Notes under the pieces: generated by a model
Databases searched by the model: none
The model's input: only the letters and a program-made list of their open reading frames with translations
Told to the model about the DNA's origin: nothing
Assembly: GCF_021028975.2 (NCBI RefSeq)
Contig: NC_059439.1
Coordinates: 5,952,001-6,016,000, forward strand
Direction of reading: 5' to 3'
DNA length: 64,000 nt
Source of the DNA: Sphaerodactylus townsendi
Taxonomy: Eukaryota
Made by a program: the position numbers and the translations under genes
In this document: positions 11,697 to 24,394 of the stretch, one piece after another
Numbering within the stretch: position 1 is the first letter of the stretch
Layout: each line of letters begins with the position of its first letter

Positions 11697-14600
11697 TAAA
11701 CAATGTACTGTGGCATGGGATTTTGTGGCTTGATCCTGCTTCCTAACCTCTCCTCTGGTAGCTTAATGGGAGGCCGCACAAAGCTGACTCTCATGAAGTC
11801 TCAATTACTCAGCTTGGTCAAATAACTGTACTTGCTATTGTGAAGGATGTCTACAAGAGTAAATGTAGTGCATGAGAGAAGTACTGGATGTGGACAAGAG
11901 GAAGAGTTGGTTATATCCCATCTGTCCTGTAAGAGGGGCTCAAAGGGGCTTACAAAACTCTTCCCCCTCACAACAAACACCTGTGAGGTGGGTGGGGCTG
12001 AGAGCCAAGGGAACTGTTGACTAGCCAAGGTCACCCAGCTGGCATGTGTTGGGTCGTTAATTCCTCAGATAAGCTTCCCTCAGCTCAAGTGGAAGCGGGG
12101 GAATCAAGCCCAGTTCCTCAGATTAGACTGCGCCTGATCTTAATCACTGCCAGCACTGCCTATGCAGGGGGCTGTGATCAAATCCTTACTCTCAGTCCAG
12201 CCAATCTCACGGTTGTGGGATGGAAATGGGATAACCTACCATATGTATTTTATTTTAAGAGTACCTGATATGTTTCAATACCAGCATTTTTCTGATAGCA
12301 CAGAAGTTTTTTAGAAAGGCTCAAAGAAAAATAAACCGCAGCTCTGAGTATACAGTTGGATTACACAAGAAACCTTTAGGGCTATCCCAACTGTTTCTTC
12401 CAACAGCAGGTCAGCAGTTTGTTGGGACTGTAACCCAGGCAGAAACTTGACTATGCCAAGAACAGACCTGCATGTTTTGTATCTGAGCAGCAACATTTGG
12501 TTCAAAGCACAGTGGACTGATTTAAGTCAACGTGAATTAAATTAGTAATCTGAATCAAATCTGACCAAGGAAAAAAAGCTGATGTAAATGTTTTTTTTTT
12601 AAATATTGAAATGTGTCACACCTACTGGGTACTTCCTAAGTACAGTTATCCTTCACACTGTAACTTTCCCCATTGTGGTTTTGATATGTGCTGGTCCAAC
12701 ATAAAAAAATTAAATGGGATTTTTTGGGGGTTGCAGGAAGCTGCAGATGACATGTGAGGGCCAGTGACAGAAAAGTTTAGAAACTCAGAAATGCATAACA
12801 TGTATGTATAGTGTATGTATAGCAAATGTCAATATATTTGATCTTTAATACCATGAATATACACAATTTCTTTTTTTAAAGTTAAAAGAAAGAAAAATTC
12901 AAAACTTATTCACTTTAGTACAGAGGGTCACCTGAAGCTACGGCTCTCCCAGATGTTCATGGATTACAATCCCCATCAGCCCCTGCCAGCAAGGTCCTTG
13001 GCCATGCTGGCAGGGGGCTGATGAAGTGAATCCATGAACATCTGAGCTCCCACAGTTCTGAACTCCTGTTCTAGCTCTGAGGAGAGACCAAAATATTTTA
13101 TGCAGATTTCCAGATTGCAGGGTGCACTGTGCCCCTAACCCCAGTGATGTGGAAGGGATAATTGTAAAGGAAGGATTGTAGTTATTTTGAAAAGTATTTA
13201 TAACTTAACAGCCTACATATAATCTTAGAGGCTACAGTATAGACCCCTTAACTATTTAAGACAATGTGTTACTATTTCCAGAAAACAATACCCTAGATTG
13301 CCTATTTTTAGATAGCTTAATGGTCATGACTCCAGATAGTGTCTCTTTTATAATAAACAGCCATGACAAGAAGTATACTTGTGTAGATAGGACTAAGCTG
13401 AATCAACACTAAAAGGGATTCCTTGTTCCCAGGGATCCTTTCTGTTTTGGCCACCCTACCACGACCCACAAAAGTAAATAATCTCAATCAAAAGCAGGGA
13501 CTGATGGTAAGTACTTGGCAGATAAAGAGTAAAAGGGTCAGAACCAGTGGGGTGAAGAGCTTGGGCCAGTCCTTGGCTCTCACTATGTCCATTCAGCACT
13601 TAAACATTATGATATCCAAGTCACATATCTAGGACATTTTATTCTGCCCTTACTGTACAGGGCTCAGAATGACATACATAGTTCTTCCTGGATTATTTTA
13701 TTTATCCTCTTGCAAACCTGAGATAGGAGTTAGACTAGTGGCCTTAGAGGTACCTGGTGAACAGCATGGCAAAATGGAAATTTGAACTAGGGTCCCTCAA
13801 ATCCTAGTCCATCATGGTAGTTGCTCACAGCACACTTCTATCGTGCTGTGCAATGACTCATGAAGATCTTTTCCTCACGGTCCTTTCTTTCCAAAGAAAA
13901 GGTGGTTCTCAAAAGTTCGATGAAGTCATAGCTCATTTTCAGATATGATGCATTTGCCTTAATTTCTGATTTCATGTTAAATCCTGATAGTTTTTTTTAA
14001 AGAGAAACTTACTACAATAAGTTCCTCTCAACAGGGTAAAGGTAAAATAAAAATTATCCTAATCCTGTATTGTAGCTAAGCACAGTTGGTTTATTCCTTA
14101 ATAACAACACATGGTGCAAAGTGAACAGTGTGAAAGAGCCAATGAAGGCACCATCCCTACATCTCTTCTTGCATTCTTGGCAAGACAAATCAAATTGAAG
14201 AATGAGGGCGGGGGGGGGGGGGGGGGTCAGGATACCACCTGCGGAATAATACACAGCAAACCATGTGGTTTCCTCTCCCTGGGAAGGAAAATGTCACAAA
14301 GTAACCTGAAGTCGGTTCTTAGAACTACAAAACTTGCATCATTTTAAGAGAATGCAAAACACAGGTGGTGTCTATTTTTTTAATGAATTAGAAGCACAAA
14401 AGCGGGCAACATATACATTAAGATCCTCAGCCAAACAGACTGGGGTTTCCCAGACTGCTCCCATTTCCCATTCAGCTACCTGATTAATAGAAGCACCCAC
14501 TAGCGGAGACATCTGAAAAGAAATTCTTATTTTCCCCCCCTCAAGGGCTGTGGATGGTGACAATGTACACATATCTAATCCTGCAGAACTAGAGACCCTG

Positions 14601-17600
14601 TGTGATGTCCAGCTGACACAGTATGATGATAGCTCAGGGCTAGAGCGTTCTTCATAGCTACATAGATCTCCCAACCCCAAACCAGAATACTATCTTCTAC
14701 TCTACGCACAGAGAAGTAGGCTACAAAGTTCAAGCCAAAGAACTCAGAACTTGTTTACAGCAGAAGCTGGAAAAATTGGCTGTTGTGGGTTTCTGGGCTG
14801 TGTGGCCATGACCTGCTAATTTTGCTCTTAAGTTTCACCCACATCTATGGCTGCATGCATTCTCCCACAGCGATGCCATGGACAGAAACCTGCAACAGAT
14901 ATCTTAGGATACGCCAGCCATAGAAGCGGGTGAAACACTAGGAGCAAAAACCTGGTAGGCCATAGCCACACAGCCTGGAAAACCCACAACAACTTTCAAC
15001 TAATATCAGCCATGAAGTCTCCAAGCAATACAGTTTAGCAGAAAAAAAAAATGTTTGACATTTTTTGGATTTGGCATCATTAATTCAGGAGACAGAAACA
15101 AACTAACAAGAAACATGCAAGTTCAAGCCAGGAGGCCACTTTCCAAGCTGGTGTTATGCTATGCCTAACAGCCATGATCTATCTCCAAACGTTAACGACC
15201 TTTGTCAATCTACAAGGATTGTTTGTTTTATCATCTCCATAACCGAGACTAACTGGGATTGGCAAGCTTGTCTTTTAGCTCCCAGTAACTCTTTCGAACG
15301 TGCAGAAACCACCATTTGCATTTAAGCGGGTGGTTGTACTTGCTGCTAATTAGTACATACACACAAAGCCACACTAGGGAACTGCGTGGCAGCATTTAGC
15401 CCAAGAATTGAGTAAAAGGAGGAGAAAAAAAACTAGAATTGCATCAGCACAAAGCCTGAATTGTACCGAAAGAATGCATGGTAAACTAGGTGAAGGAAGG
15501 GTATATCCTCATATGCTCAGTTTACATTACTATGGCCATTTGGAGTAGACACAGGAGAATCTTAGCGAAACTACTAGGAAAGCCGTTCCGGGACAAGGCG
15601 TCAAAGCTACAGATCGTTAGGGTGAAATCCTATGGGGTATGGCAAAACGGCAACAGCCCTGATCTCATATAAAAGAATTAGAGAAGGCACATCAAGATCT
15701 CCCTGCCTGTGCCTTGGCTCTACCTTTGACCATGCCGTTGCGTTCCCTGAATGTCGACTACGTTGGCTACTGGCTTTGCTTTCTGCCTGTCCTGGCCTGT
15801 CTGGACTGGGTTATGACACCACCCTCACATGCTATTTCATCCTGACTCCAGCCTGTCCCCAGCCTCTAGCTCCTGCCTGCACAAGAGCACCTGAGGAATT
15901 TATCTTTGTTGCCATGCACCTTTTCAATTTGGGTTCTTCAGGAGGAGATACATTTATTAGTCAGTCTGGCATTTGGGTACATGTGCCGATCAATGGTGGC
16001 GATCTGTATGCGAACGATTTTAAATGTTCTAATGTTTCCAAGCTTACACCAGTCCCAGAAATGCCATCAACAGCATGGCATCCAAGAGAATAAAAGCAAA
16101 CTTTGGTTTTCCTTCGGCTTGCTACACTAAGGAGCGTGTGCTAACGAATGTTAATGTGTTCCCTATCTCTTTGGGAATAGAAATCCAGTTTAGCTTTTTT
16201 ATGAATTAATTTGTCAATTACATCTTCCTCAGTCCAACTTGTCATACCATTGATGTTAAAGGGTTTGCTTAGTCCACATTCAGAGGGGGCTTATACTGAC
16301 TGCCTGTTAACTCTTCTGGGTCTATTTTCTTCTTTATGCAGATCCAGGATTTTTACGTCCTTCTTGTCATGAGAAGATGGTAATAAAGTGTCAGGGGAGG
16401 GAGTTGATGGTATTCATCACTTCAAGATGAGTATTAGAGCTTATCAGCTCCTCCATTGCTTTTAGAGTAGCTTATTCTGCCATGGATCTATCTGACCCTG
16501 GGGCTTTTGGTTCTTTGATAGCTACTCTATGACAACTCCTGAATTCGAGATATTCCTAATTTCATGTTTGCATGATGGTTTACAGTGGAAGAATTCTCAG
16601 AGTGAAAGCTTTAAATGTATTCATTTAGAGCGAGTGGTGACGAACCTTTGGCACTCAGATGTTATGGACTACAGCTCCCATCAGCTCTCTTCCAGCATGG
16701 CTATTAATTAGCCATGCTGGCGAGCCGCTGATGATAGAATTATGAGTCTATAACATCTGAGAGCCAAAGAGTTCGCTAACACCTATAGTTCGAGAGTCAC
16801 TGTGTTGACGTCTTTTTTGACAATACAACTCAGAAAAGAATTGGGCAAATTGATCTTGGATTCTTCCTCTTATGGTAGAGTAGTTTTGCCATTTCTTCCT
16901 TTGGATTAATTAATTGTCCTTTATTTCCTTTCTTAAATGCTAGGTACATTCTAAAAATCTTCCTGGCTTTTTATGCATATTGAGATATGGTGTAGCGATG
17001 GCGAAGAGGTGGGTGAACTCTCAATCTGGGGAACTAGAGCTGGTTTGATTCCCCACTCCTCCACATATAAACAACAGACTCTTATCTTCTAGTAAAAGTG
17101 GGTGCAAGTTTGGTCCCACTCCTCTGCAGTGGACGAGCCTGCTGGCTGACCTTTGGGCTGAGTCACAGTTCTCACAGAACTCTCATCTTAGCCCCACCTT
17201 ACCTCACTAGGTGTGTGCTGTGGGGAGGAGGAAGGGACTGACATTTTGTCCAATCAACTTTGAGACTTCTTAGAGTTGAGAAAAGGAGAGGTATAAATTC
17301 AAAACTCTTCACTTCTTCCAAATCCAAGAGATGAAAGGAAATCCTGACTGTGGCTAATCAGATGGCGTAGCATAGGATGTTTGTTGCTTGGGAATGGCCT
17401 TCTTTTGGAATGAGAGTTTGTTGTTGTGCTAGTTCAATTCTGATCCAAGTATTGATCAGATGAAGTAGGCAATACAACTTGAGACATTTTCTTTTACTGC
17501 TATTCAGGTTTGGGATCGCTTTAAGATTTCACTCAAGACTCAAGTGAAATGGCTGCCGGGAAACACACTTGGTATGGGGCACTGCTGTTTTAGCGATCAG

Positions 17601-18535
17601 GGAAAGGAATTCTGTGACCATGGTACTCCAGCCACATTCATTAAAAGGGTAAGCGTTAGCGAAAAGAATTCATTAGAGGAGACATTCAAAGTCAAAGCTA
17701 TTGCCCCTCTGGGACTGTATCAAGGAACAACATGGGACTGCCTATGGACTGCCGAGAAAGCATGGGACTACTTTACAGAACTTATTTGTACTTTGAAGCC
17801 ATTTTCACTCTTTAACTTTCTGGTGATGATACTGATATGACAGCTTGTTAGGAACTGGAGGTATACTGCACATTTTCTGCAGGTACTTCATATAATGACT
17901 GGGGTCCACTACTGAGACAGTGGTAAGTGCACCAACTTCACCCCTAAGCACAGAACATGATATACTAGGACTTAGGACATCCAATAAAGATATTACTAGA
18001 GGGTACTCAAATTCCAACAAGGTTTGAGGATGATTCTCTACCAGTTCCAATCTTTTATGTGAATTAATTCCCAGTCTTAGCACATTAAGAAATTCACTAG
18101 GATGCACAACTGTGAGTTGCAGGGCAGCATCAGGCTACCAATCGCAGTTTCTAGTACTTCTGTTGTAATGCGTTTCCTGCCATGGCAGGCCTGTTGGACT
18201 GGATGGCTCTTTGGTGGACTCTTCGCGCAACACTTTTCAATTTCTGCTGGCATACTTGGAAAGGTGTTAATTTGCCTGTATTGCAGAGTCCACTCAATTT
18301 TCTTTTACATAAAATGCATCTCCTGTTCCCCTTAATTCTGAGCTTTTTTTCTTTCAAAAAAAGACCAAAAATATTTCTAAGCCCGCTTTGAACTTCTGGA
18401 AATAATCTAATTAAAAGTCAAGCAAATGTATGCTGGAAGAGGCTGCTAAGACAACAGGACATGGTTTGGTACCTAATGGGTAGCATTTGTGATTTTACCA
18501 AGGAATCCTGATTCTCTCATTTCCTATGCCCTACC
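11695..18535 (-). repeat. Right arm of large inverted duplication, indel-noisy copy (probable assembly artifact)
   Basis: Mirrors all unique sequence and repeats of 1-6573. Near-identical at about 12250-12560 and increasingly insertion-rich toward 18535. Confidence 0.95.
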
Positions 18536-19084
18536 TACAGATCACTTTGAGTTTATTTAAAACATCTTTATGCACATCAGTCATTCCCACTGCTTGGCAC
18601 TCCCTCAATGCCATTAATAACAAATATTAAGACTTTTATCATTTTGTGGGTTTTTTTCTTTTTGTAAAGCCTCTTTACTTAGGCTCTTTAACTTACCATG
18701 AAGGAAAAAAGCAAATGCTAAAACATTCTCAGAGAAGTAAATAGAGTAAAATGAAGGCAAGAACAATAAAATACCACATTATCAAAATTATAAATACAAA
18801 TAGTGCTTTAAGAAAGAAAGACGTTAAACCAAAAAGCTTAACAGAGGTATTAGACAAAACAGCATCGTGATAGAAGTAGCTACCGAAGTAATGAATACCT
18901 AAATGAACAGCAGTTTTTTTGCTTGGGTGTTGACAGCAAAGCTGGTAGTGATGAAGATAAATATAGAGTTTCCTGGGAAAAGAAATCAAAGGGCCAAGTT
19001 ACACAAATGCCACTAGAAAAGAGAGACAATCTACTACCACCAAAATGACAGGGGAGGGATGAAGCAGGAGGCCTCAGAGGAAGC

Positions 19085-19370
19085 ATCTAGAGTGATTAAG
19101 ATAAGCATACATAGTGAGAAGAGGCCCAGTTCTTTAGATATCCTGGCCCCTAGGGATACTTAGGGCTTTTAGAGAGATCAAATCAGCACTTTGACTCAGC
19201 CCAGGAAATAAACAGGAAGTTGAGGTGCAGAAACATCAAAGTTACTCCTGTCTCTCTTGCAGCTAGAATTTTTGCATCAACTGTGTTTTCCAAAAGCCTT
19301 AAATAGTCAGTCATGCCTACCGAGCACATTACAGTAATCTGATCTGGATGCTTGTATGAAGGCGTAATGT
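19085..19370 (-). mobile_element. Degraded L2 LINE 3' fragment
   Basis: Resembles squamate L2 ORF2 end (agggcttt...atcagcactttgactcagcccaggaaataaacagg). Confidence 0.5.
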
Positions 19371-20952
19371 GTGAGAACAGATCAAACAGCCCCCATCCAA
19401 AGGCACTTCAGGGGATGGGGGTGGGTTGAGCTAGAAAGGGCTTGTGGAAGCTAAGTGAGGAACCTCTCCAGGAGCACCTCTACCTGTTGAGAGGGCAGAC
19501 ACACCAGAAGCGCTGCCAAGTCCTGCTGCTGCAAAACCTCTAGAAGTTTGGAGCTGCAGCATGGGGGAGCTGTCTTCTAGTGTCCTGTTGGGATGCCAGA
19601 ATGGAAATTTGGCTGGCAGAGGAGCAGGCCAGGGAGGTTCTATGGAGCGAGAACCAATGTTAGCCTGGCGGCTCCTTCACTTGGGGTTTTAGGGTCAGTT
19701 ACGCCCCATGGCACCACCAGCTCTCAAACGTCCAGCCACCCCTTTTTGGTGGTGTATATCAACTATACTCTACCAGGACTTTTCAATGGGTGGGGGGGGA
19801 GTTTGAGGGGCTTTCCCGAAGCTCCTGGAAGCAGTGGTAAGTAAGCCCTACTGGAGTGCGCACCACTTTTTCCAGTGCTGTTCTTCATCCTACCACCTTT
19901 GGGTTTTGGATCGGGGACTCTGCAAAATCTCTTCAAAAGAGATTCAATAGAAGCCATCTCAACCCTAAACTGCAAACAGGACCGCCTCCTGTTAGCTACA
20001 CTTACCTGAGTTTTATGGTTAGTGCTAAATAAACTGGGAACCCATGCAGAAAAGTTTTTAAGCCTATCCTTGATGGGTTTCCCCTCCCAAAACAACTCAT
20101 ATTAATTGTCATCTTGTCTAAATTAAGCTCCTGTTTTTAAACTTCTAATCCTTCATTGATCTCAGGCACTGGTGCAGGGATCTCCACTGACTTCCTAGGA
20201 TCTGATGGAAAGAGAGACAGAGCTGCATGTCACCTGTACCTAGATCTTCAGGTATCACCCTGGACAATTCTGCATAAATAAATAGCATGGAAAATAAAAT
20301 GGAGCCCACAGACCTTCTCTACAGGCCAAAGGAGACAACAACAGTTTCACAACCTCTTCAGAACCAAATGAAGACGTTAACAACTGCTCCCCCAGGTCCA
20401 TATCAGCTGTGCAGCCCACAACCCCTGCTGATGGTACTAAAAGCCTCTTGAGAAGTCCAAAGGACCCAGAATTGATATGTTCTCATTAGGTAACTACCAG
20501 ACTACTAACAGAAACAGTAGTGGTCTCCTATTACACTGTTTCAAGTTTGCTTAATTTGATTATCATAAAGAATTCTAATATTATCAAGGATACAAGAGAA
20601 GAACATTAATATTCCTTCAAAGGCTAGAAATCTCTCCCCCGACCCCCACCCATATGCCGTGCCTTTGGAGGAAGCACCCTGCCACTGGCGGAAGAGGCAA
20701 TTCAAAAAGTTTGCAGCAATTTTCAATCTGGCTACATGGAAAGGAAGAGATGAGAATTTTGAGTTGCAGTTGACTGAAGGTGGGTATAACCTCAGGTAAA
20801 GCTGAATGGCTGGCTGTAAGTTGTTATGATGCCTCTTTTAACAGCTTCGCTTCCTTCTGATAGACTCTCCTTATTTTCCTTGCAAACGGATAAAAAAGAC
20901 ACCAGAAATCTCCATGGCTTTCCCCAATCCAACGAAAGCAAAACATTTAGGA

Positions 20953-21100
20953 CAGGGGTAGGGAACCTGCGGCTCTCCAGATGTTCAGGAACTACAATTC
21001 CCATCAGCCTCTGTCAGCCTGGCCAATTGGCCATGCTGGTAGGGGCTGATGGGAATTGTAGTTCCTGAACATCTGGAGAGCCACAGGTTCCCTACCCCTG
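20953..21100. mobile_element. Young palindromic hAT MITE
   Basis: Near-perfect 148-bp palindrome caggggtagggaacc...ggttccctacccctg with TSD atttagga/atttaggg. Confidence 0.9.
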
Positions 21101-21167
21101 ATTTAGGGCTACCAACAATGCTATTTTTGGAAGTACTAATACATTGTGTGGCCTGGAGGGAAAGCAG

Positions 21168-21475
21168 AATGGTGTAGTCCAATCTCATTACATCTCAGAA
21201 GCTAAGCAGGGTCAGCCCTGGTTAGTACATGGATGGGAAACCAAGGCAAGCTCTGCGAAGGAAGGCAATGTCAAATCACCTCTGCTTCTTAGTTGCCTTC
21301 TAAGTCTCTTAATGGATCGCCATGTTGGAAGCTAAGCAGGATCAGTACTTGGATGGAAGACCACCAAGGAAGGCTCCGCAGAGGAAAGCAATGGCAAACC
21401 ATCTCTGCTCCTTGCTTGCCTTGAAAGCCCCTTGTTGGGGTTGCCATAGGTCAGCTGTGACTTGACAGCACTTTT
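21168..21475 (+). mobile_element. Two tandem 5S-derived SINE units
   Basis: gaagctaagcagggtcagccctggttagtacatggatggga (5S box A to box C) followed by gcaatggcaaaccatctctgc; the unit occurs twice. Confidence 0.75.
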
Positions 21476-21727
21476 ACATACCCAATATATTGTTCACAGC
21501 CTAGTCTTCAACATTTCTTCCTTGTGCTGAAAAACAGCACCAAATCCAATCAAACTGACCCAACAGATGGACCAAGGGAGTCAGGATTTGCAAAAAGTTG
21601 CTTTCCATGCTGTTAAACATGAGGCTTTGTTTTGGTTTTTTTTGCTTGCAGTCAACCAAGGCCTCCCATTCATGCTGATATTCCCAAATGCACATTCTAG
21701 CATTCAACAAACCAGAAGGCAGCTTAC

Positions 21728-21789
21728 CGAAGTAGCAGCTCTTTGGGGAGCTTTTTATTGATCGCAGCCTCATCGTTATTTGAGAACAT
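21728..21789 (-). CDS. FBXL20: FBXL20 coding exon 2 (start of F-box)
   Basis: Polypyrimidine tract, then cag|ATG TTC TCA AAT AAC GAT GAG GCT GCG ATC AAT AAA AAG CTC CCC AAA GAG CTG CTA CTT CG|gtaagc = MFSNNDEAAINKKLPKELLLR. 62 nt, phase-0 junction to exon 1, LPKELLLR F-box start. Intron 1 is about 40.4 kb. Confidence 0.95.
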
Positions 21790-23696
21790 CTGCAAGGGGG
21801 AAAAAAGCAATAAAACTCATTTAGCCTTTTGCATGGTCATTATGGATCATTGTTTCTTATAAAAAGCAGGTAAATGTGACCCAGGGGAAGGTTTAGCAGA
21901 AGCAGATCTGATTCATGGCCCTTTGCAAGAGGGAGAGAGAGATTTATGGGAATCTGAATGGGTGACATTTAGAGACCATTTAAATGCCACCCATAAATAT
22001 TACATTTTAAAACTTGGTTTCAACATGTATTATAAACCACACTGTGCTGTCTATATTCCTAAATTAAGAAGCCTTAACTTTAAGATATTTGTTTATTTTG
22101 GCCGCTTAACAGTGGACCGCTGGGACTGAGAAGAACCTTGGAATATTTATTCTTATCAGAGCAAAAGGGTCTGCTACAGCTAGACGGAGGATAAGGAGAG
22201 TGGCCTTAATACAATTTTCTATGAGATTAATTTAGCAGATTCTATTCTCCTCAGGGATTAAAAAAATGCTCCCTAGGACTGACCTCACAAGCAAACTGAG
22301 GGGGATTTTCCCTTTCCGGGAAGTGGGTGATTTGGTTCATGGTCACCTTAAAAATCTTAATCTGATTCATTTATTTGTTCTTGCTCTCTGACTTGAGGGA
22401 AGGTGGAATATGACAGCTCAATCTGACAGTACAAGGATTCATTTCTACTCAAGTTTATACTATTATATCTGCATTGAAAATGTTTGGGGACTCACTTTAA
22501 GGAGGGTAGATATTTCACTAGTTTCAGCACAATGTTGCCCATCATAGTCACACAAATTATAAACATTGACTGGTGAAACGGGGATTTGGTTTCAGATAGA
22601 AAATGTTAATTAATGTGCTTGATGCACTTATAAGGAAATTTAGTTCTCAATAAGGCTATACATTAGACTATAGTCACAAAGTTCATAAAATGCTGCTTCA
22701 TACGAAAACAAATTCCTTACAAACACAAAACCAACAGCTTGATCAGGCTATCAACTTTTCTTCACATATTTTGATTTTCTATATGTATGAAACCATTACA
22801 TTTGGAGGAGCATTCTAACATCTGGTGACCCCACCCCACTGCAGCCTGAAGAAGTATAGCACAGGCCTATGTTTGCCACCTCAGGAAAAACTACCTCAAG
22901 GTATGGCTTGCATAAAGATCACTGTAGCCAACCAGAAATGGAGTTGGCAGCTATAGAGGTCAGGGGGTTGATCATTTCCTCAATATTTTTCCAGCTTGCA
23001 CTCCAAAGACAGAAAGCCAGTAGAACCTGCGGAATTTTGCTGGTGGTGCATCAGTGAAGAGTCTCTCCATTTCTGCATGCTCCCTCCACCCATCCCATTC
23101 ACACTTACAATTCATTAGAAATATGTCCAAAGCGACCACAGTTACACAATACAGCAGGATAGAATTTATAGACAGATATACATCAATGACTTCACGATGG
23201 GGAAGGAGTAATGAGGATGTGAAACAGAATCAAGATGAATGGAAATTGTGGCAGTCAGTGTGATTTCATAAGTTACACAACTCAGGATTTTTTGTCATTT
23301 CACAACCAGTATGATAAGATTCAATCACACAGACACAGACACACACAGAGTCCAATAGCAGGAAAAGAATAAAATATTTGACTAGTCTATTCAAGTTTCC
23401 CATCACTTACAGGCAAATGTGCACATCCACAGGCATTGTAGACCAGAGTTTTATTAGTTGAAATACCACTATTTGATGGTTTTAGTGTTGTGATAACTGA
23501 ATTTTGGAAGTGTTGTAAGATGTACTGAGTATGTCCAGATAGAAACTGGCGGCCTAGAAATCTAATAAATGAATAAACAAACTGCAAGACCAAGCAACTA
23601 AAACATTGTTAGAATACAGCTAAGCCTCAGTGGAGCAGCATAAAACTACTTCCTGAATGGCTAGAAAAATAACACACCCCTGTGCAATTACCTAAA

Positions 23697-23922
23697 CCAG
23701 GAAGCCAAGGCAACCGGCTTCTGCGGGACTTTCAAAGGTGCCTCGCTCCCCAGCAAGGAAGGGGGCGAGGCGCTTTTGAAAGCCCCGCAGAAGCCGGCAG
23801 CCAAGGCAACCGGCTTCTGCGGGGCTTTCAAAGGTGCCTCGCTCCCCAGCACGGCAGGGGGGCCAGTCAGGGTCATCTGGCGGGCGGGATGTGGCCCGCG
23901 GGCTGTATAATGCCCAGGTCTG
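23697..23922. mobile_element. hAT fragment with about 97-bp-period internal tandem duplication
   Basis: agccaaggcaaccggcttctgcgggrctttcaaaggtgcctcgctccccagca occurs twice; ends ggcccgcgggctgtataatgcccaggtctg. Confidence 0.55.
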
Positions 23923-24394
23923 ACCTAAACATTTGACATTGTCTCTTAAAAATTATGATTGGTTTTCAACCCCCGTCCTGCATGCACTTTTCTCTCTTCT
24001 TCAGGTTGTGCCTCAGAGCCAGTCAACACATCCCACAGCATCACGTTCCGCTTTCTATTTTGTCTTTCTTCCTCCACTCCCACAACCAGCTAGCTCGGGT
24101 TAGCCCCTTGATTTCAAGTCATGGTTTGAAATGGGTTTGCAAATCATGGCTAAGTGTCAAAGCACCAACCAGCTGATGCTCATTCAGATGACTTGGTAAA
24201 TATTGCTTAGAGAAAACTAGGGAACAGAAGATGAAATCTGCAAGGAGGAGGAGCCCATAGCACATTCCTGGGTCTCCAAAAGCTCATTCGCATCAGGATT
24301 AGGTCAGTTTGGACAACCTTCCACCCTTCCCTCAAGTACTCTACTTGTATAAACCACAAGGGGATCTCACACCCCAGAAGAGCCCTGTTACCCT

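Noticed and set aside
5718-12505. Two identical 64-aa ORFs suggesting a duplicated small gene
   Set aside because: A by-product of the inverted duplication; TTG start and no recognisable protein.
15632-16093. 153-aa ORF
   Set aside because: Antisense to a decayed L1 fragment in the noisy arm and not preserved in the clean arm.
21180-21245. Possible 5S rRNA gene
   Set aside because: Partial, diverged and fused to a SINE body; it is a SINE head.
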